From the NCBI GenBank assembly GCA_043228905.1, contig JBHGNT010000011.1:15748001-15812000 (forward strand): a stretch of 64,000 nt of DNA. Reading direction: 5' to 3'. The notes under the pieces are model-generated. The model worked only from the letters and a program-made list of their open reading frames with translations. It was not told where the DNA came from and made no database searches. The translations under genes were made by a program, and so were the position numbers. Below are positions 61,948 through 64,000 of the stretch, one piece after another (within the stretch, counting starts at the first letter, position 1; every line of letters begins with the position of its first letter). This DNA is from Azolla caroliniana (lineage: Eukaryota > Plantae > Polypodiophyta).

Positions 61948-64000
61948 TGTCGTGAAGAAAACCGTCCATAGGCGGAATCGGCGCACCTAGGCGTGGGAAC
62001 CGGTTCTTCACGCGCGCAAGCTCCAAGTAGTACGAAGAAGCGAGTTAGGAGGATAATCGGCAGGAACGGGCCCTAACACAAGTGGAGACAAAGACCGCGC
62101 GAACAGTCTTTTCGGTCGCGCGCGCGAGCTGAGGGACGGCACGAGTCGGCGGCGTAACTACGCGGATGCGTGAAGAACGGAGCGGATCCCTGTTCGAAAG
62201 GGACAGGGAATAAAGCTGACAGGACGGCCTGCTCGTCGGGCTATATAAGAGCAGGAAAGAGCTGTTGCAGAGATATCTCGCGCGGAGAGGACGAAGTGTT
62301 GTCGGACCGTTTCTGGACGCTTCTCTCTCTCTGTTTCCCTCCTTCTTGAGCTCCATAGCTTTCTGTGCAGGGTTCCGAGGAGGCTCGCGCTGTTTCGAGG
62401 AACGCCCGAGTGCTTCCGGCAGCACCTCCAACCTGCTACCCCCCCCTTTGCCCTGTTTTGTGCGTCGAAGCGAGCAGGCATCGGCATCTGTTCGCCGGCC
62501 TGTTCGGTTGTAACCAACCTGTGCCCCATCGAGGGTTGTAGTAGTGTTAGCCATTTTCTTAATATACATATTAAGTCATTCGCATCTGTCTGTGTCGGTG
62601 TCTGTTCGCGTTCTCCGTGCTGAAGGGCCGTGTCCCTGTGTATCCCCGGTCCTGCGTAGCCGGTTCTCTCTCTTTCTCCTCCCTCGCTTGCTCTTTGGTT
62701 CGAGACCCCCGCGGTCCCGCCTCGATTCCACACGCACTTGCGTAATATCTCGACATCTTTGGTGAACCCGACGTGAAAGAGGCGGCAGAAGAGCAGAAGA
62801 TGAGGGGGTCGGATCTTGCAGAAGCCATGGCTTCGGCCGTGGATCGGATTGTAAACGCGCGCGAGGGCACCGGTGCCCTCGACAGAGCTATTGAGGCGGT
62901 CGTCGGCACGATCGGCCGGTTCGATGGGAGGGATGCCACGAAGTATCTGGCGTCCTACGGTGCAGAGATGCTGATGCGGGACGTTCCGGAAGAAAGGCGT
63001 CTTGCCGGATTTCCCCGAGTGGCAATGCCGAGCATCCATGCGGAGGTGCTCGAGGTGCGGGCGGAGAGCCGTACCTGGGAGGAGTTCGAAGGCCGGCTCC
63101 TAGAGAAATACGGGCTGGACGACGCGCTCCGGCTTTCGAAGCGAAGGTTCATGGAATGGGTGGAGTCCCCGGGGAAGGGAAGAAACGCGTCGGCACTCCT
63201 CCGGGAGTTCGAGGAAAACTTTGCGCGCCTTTCGGCGCTCGACCGAACCATCCTGGACACGAGCCGGGTCTTGCTGTTTGTTAAGTCGGTCGACGAGCGG
63301 GATCGGGAGCAAGTGGGCCTCTTGCTGGAAACCGAAGACGGGCTCACTACCGACTGGGCGGCTGTCAAGAAGGTCTGTGGCCGTTTCGACAAACGGCGAG
63401 AATGGGCGGATAACGGGGTAACCGGGTCGGGCTCGGTCGCAGCAAGGAAGTTCGAACCAGCGCCACAGGTGCGAAAGGAAGAGACCCGAGAGTGGTTGGA
63501 AACCGGTTCGGCTTCGACCGGCGTAGTCAGAGGCTCAACCGGAGGAGCGGCGCTGGAGGAATTGACGAGGGCGGTAAAGGACCTCCAAATCGCGCAAGCC
63601 CGAAGGGAAGGAGGCGAACCGGCTCGTGACCGACGGTCGGCGGCAGGAAACAGGTGCATGTGGTGCGATGAAGTCGGCCACATTCGGAAGGACTGCGGCG
63701 ACTTCGCGGAGGCGCTGAGGAACAGGGTGGTGTACCTGTGGGAAGGACGGGTGCATGCCAGCGACACCCGAAGGGCCCTGAGCCGAAACGACGGAAAGGG
63801 TGGTATGAAAAGGTTGATGGAAGAGGCGGCGGCCCGACACGCGGAAACCGTCCACTACTCGGCGTCGGCCGGCATTCGAGTCGGGGGCGGCGAGGCCCGA
63901 AGGGAAAGCAAAGCCGGATTCTGGCCGACGATGCTGGAAGGCCTTGCCGGTGCAAGGCTTAAAGGGGAGGAATCGGACCGTGCGGAGAAACGGGTACGGG
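61948..64000 (+). mobile_element. Gypsy family copy 3: 5' LTR 61948-62755, Trp-type PBS, gag from ATG 62800 running off the window
   Basis: Same LTR start, identical PBS and closely similar gag to copy 1. Confidence 0.95.

Overview
Eukaryotic nuclear DNA from a land plant, probably a fern (inferred from the PLS-E PPR gene and the retroelement types). The first 11 kb holds two convergent host genes: an intronless PLS-class PPR gene (+) and a two-exon class I LBD gene (-). The rest is a deeply nested retrotransposon field: several L1-type LINEs, an RTE remnant, three copies of a GC-rich non-chromoviral Ty3/Gypsy family, a Tat/Athila-like LTR element with an extra 3' ORF, a Tcn1-like remnant, solo LTRs, a non-autonomous hAT element, tRNA-derived fragments and an intact Ty1/Copia with apparently identical LTRs. 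The strongest candidates for undescribed biology are: (1) the Gypsy family has a tRNA-Trp-type PBS, a 4-bp target centred on CG, and a conserved -1 frameshift cassette (G_GAU_UUU, stop, 6-nt spacer, H-type pseudoknot) between protease and RT; (2) the Tat-like element has a sense copy of a tRNA 3' end where the polypurine tract should be, suggesting tRNA priming of both strands; (3) a twin-primed (5'-inverted) plant LINE with an 18-bp TSD and a 2-kb repeat-bearing 3' tail; (4) a regularly spaced hairpin-repeat array inside a recombinant solo LTR. All alignments were done by eye, and tRNA identities are from memory and need a database check.
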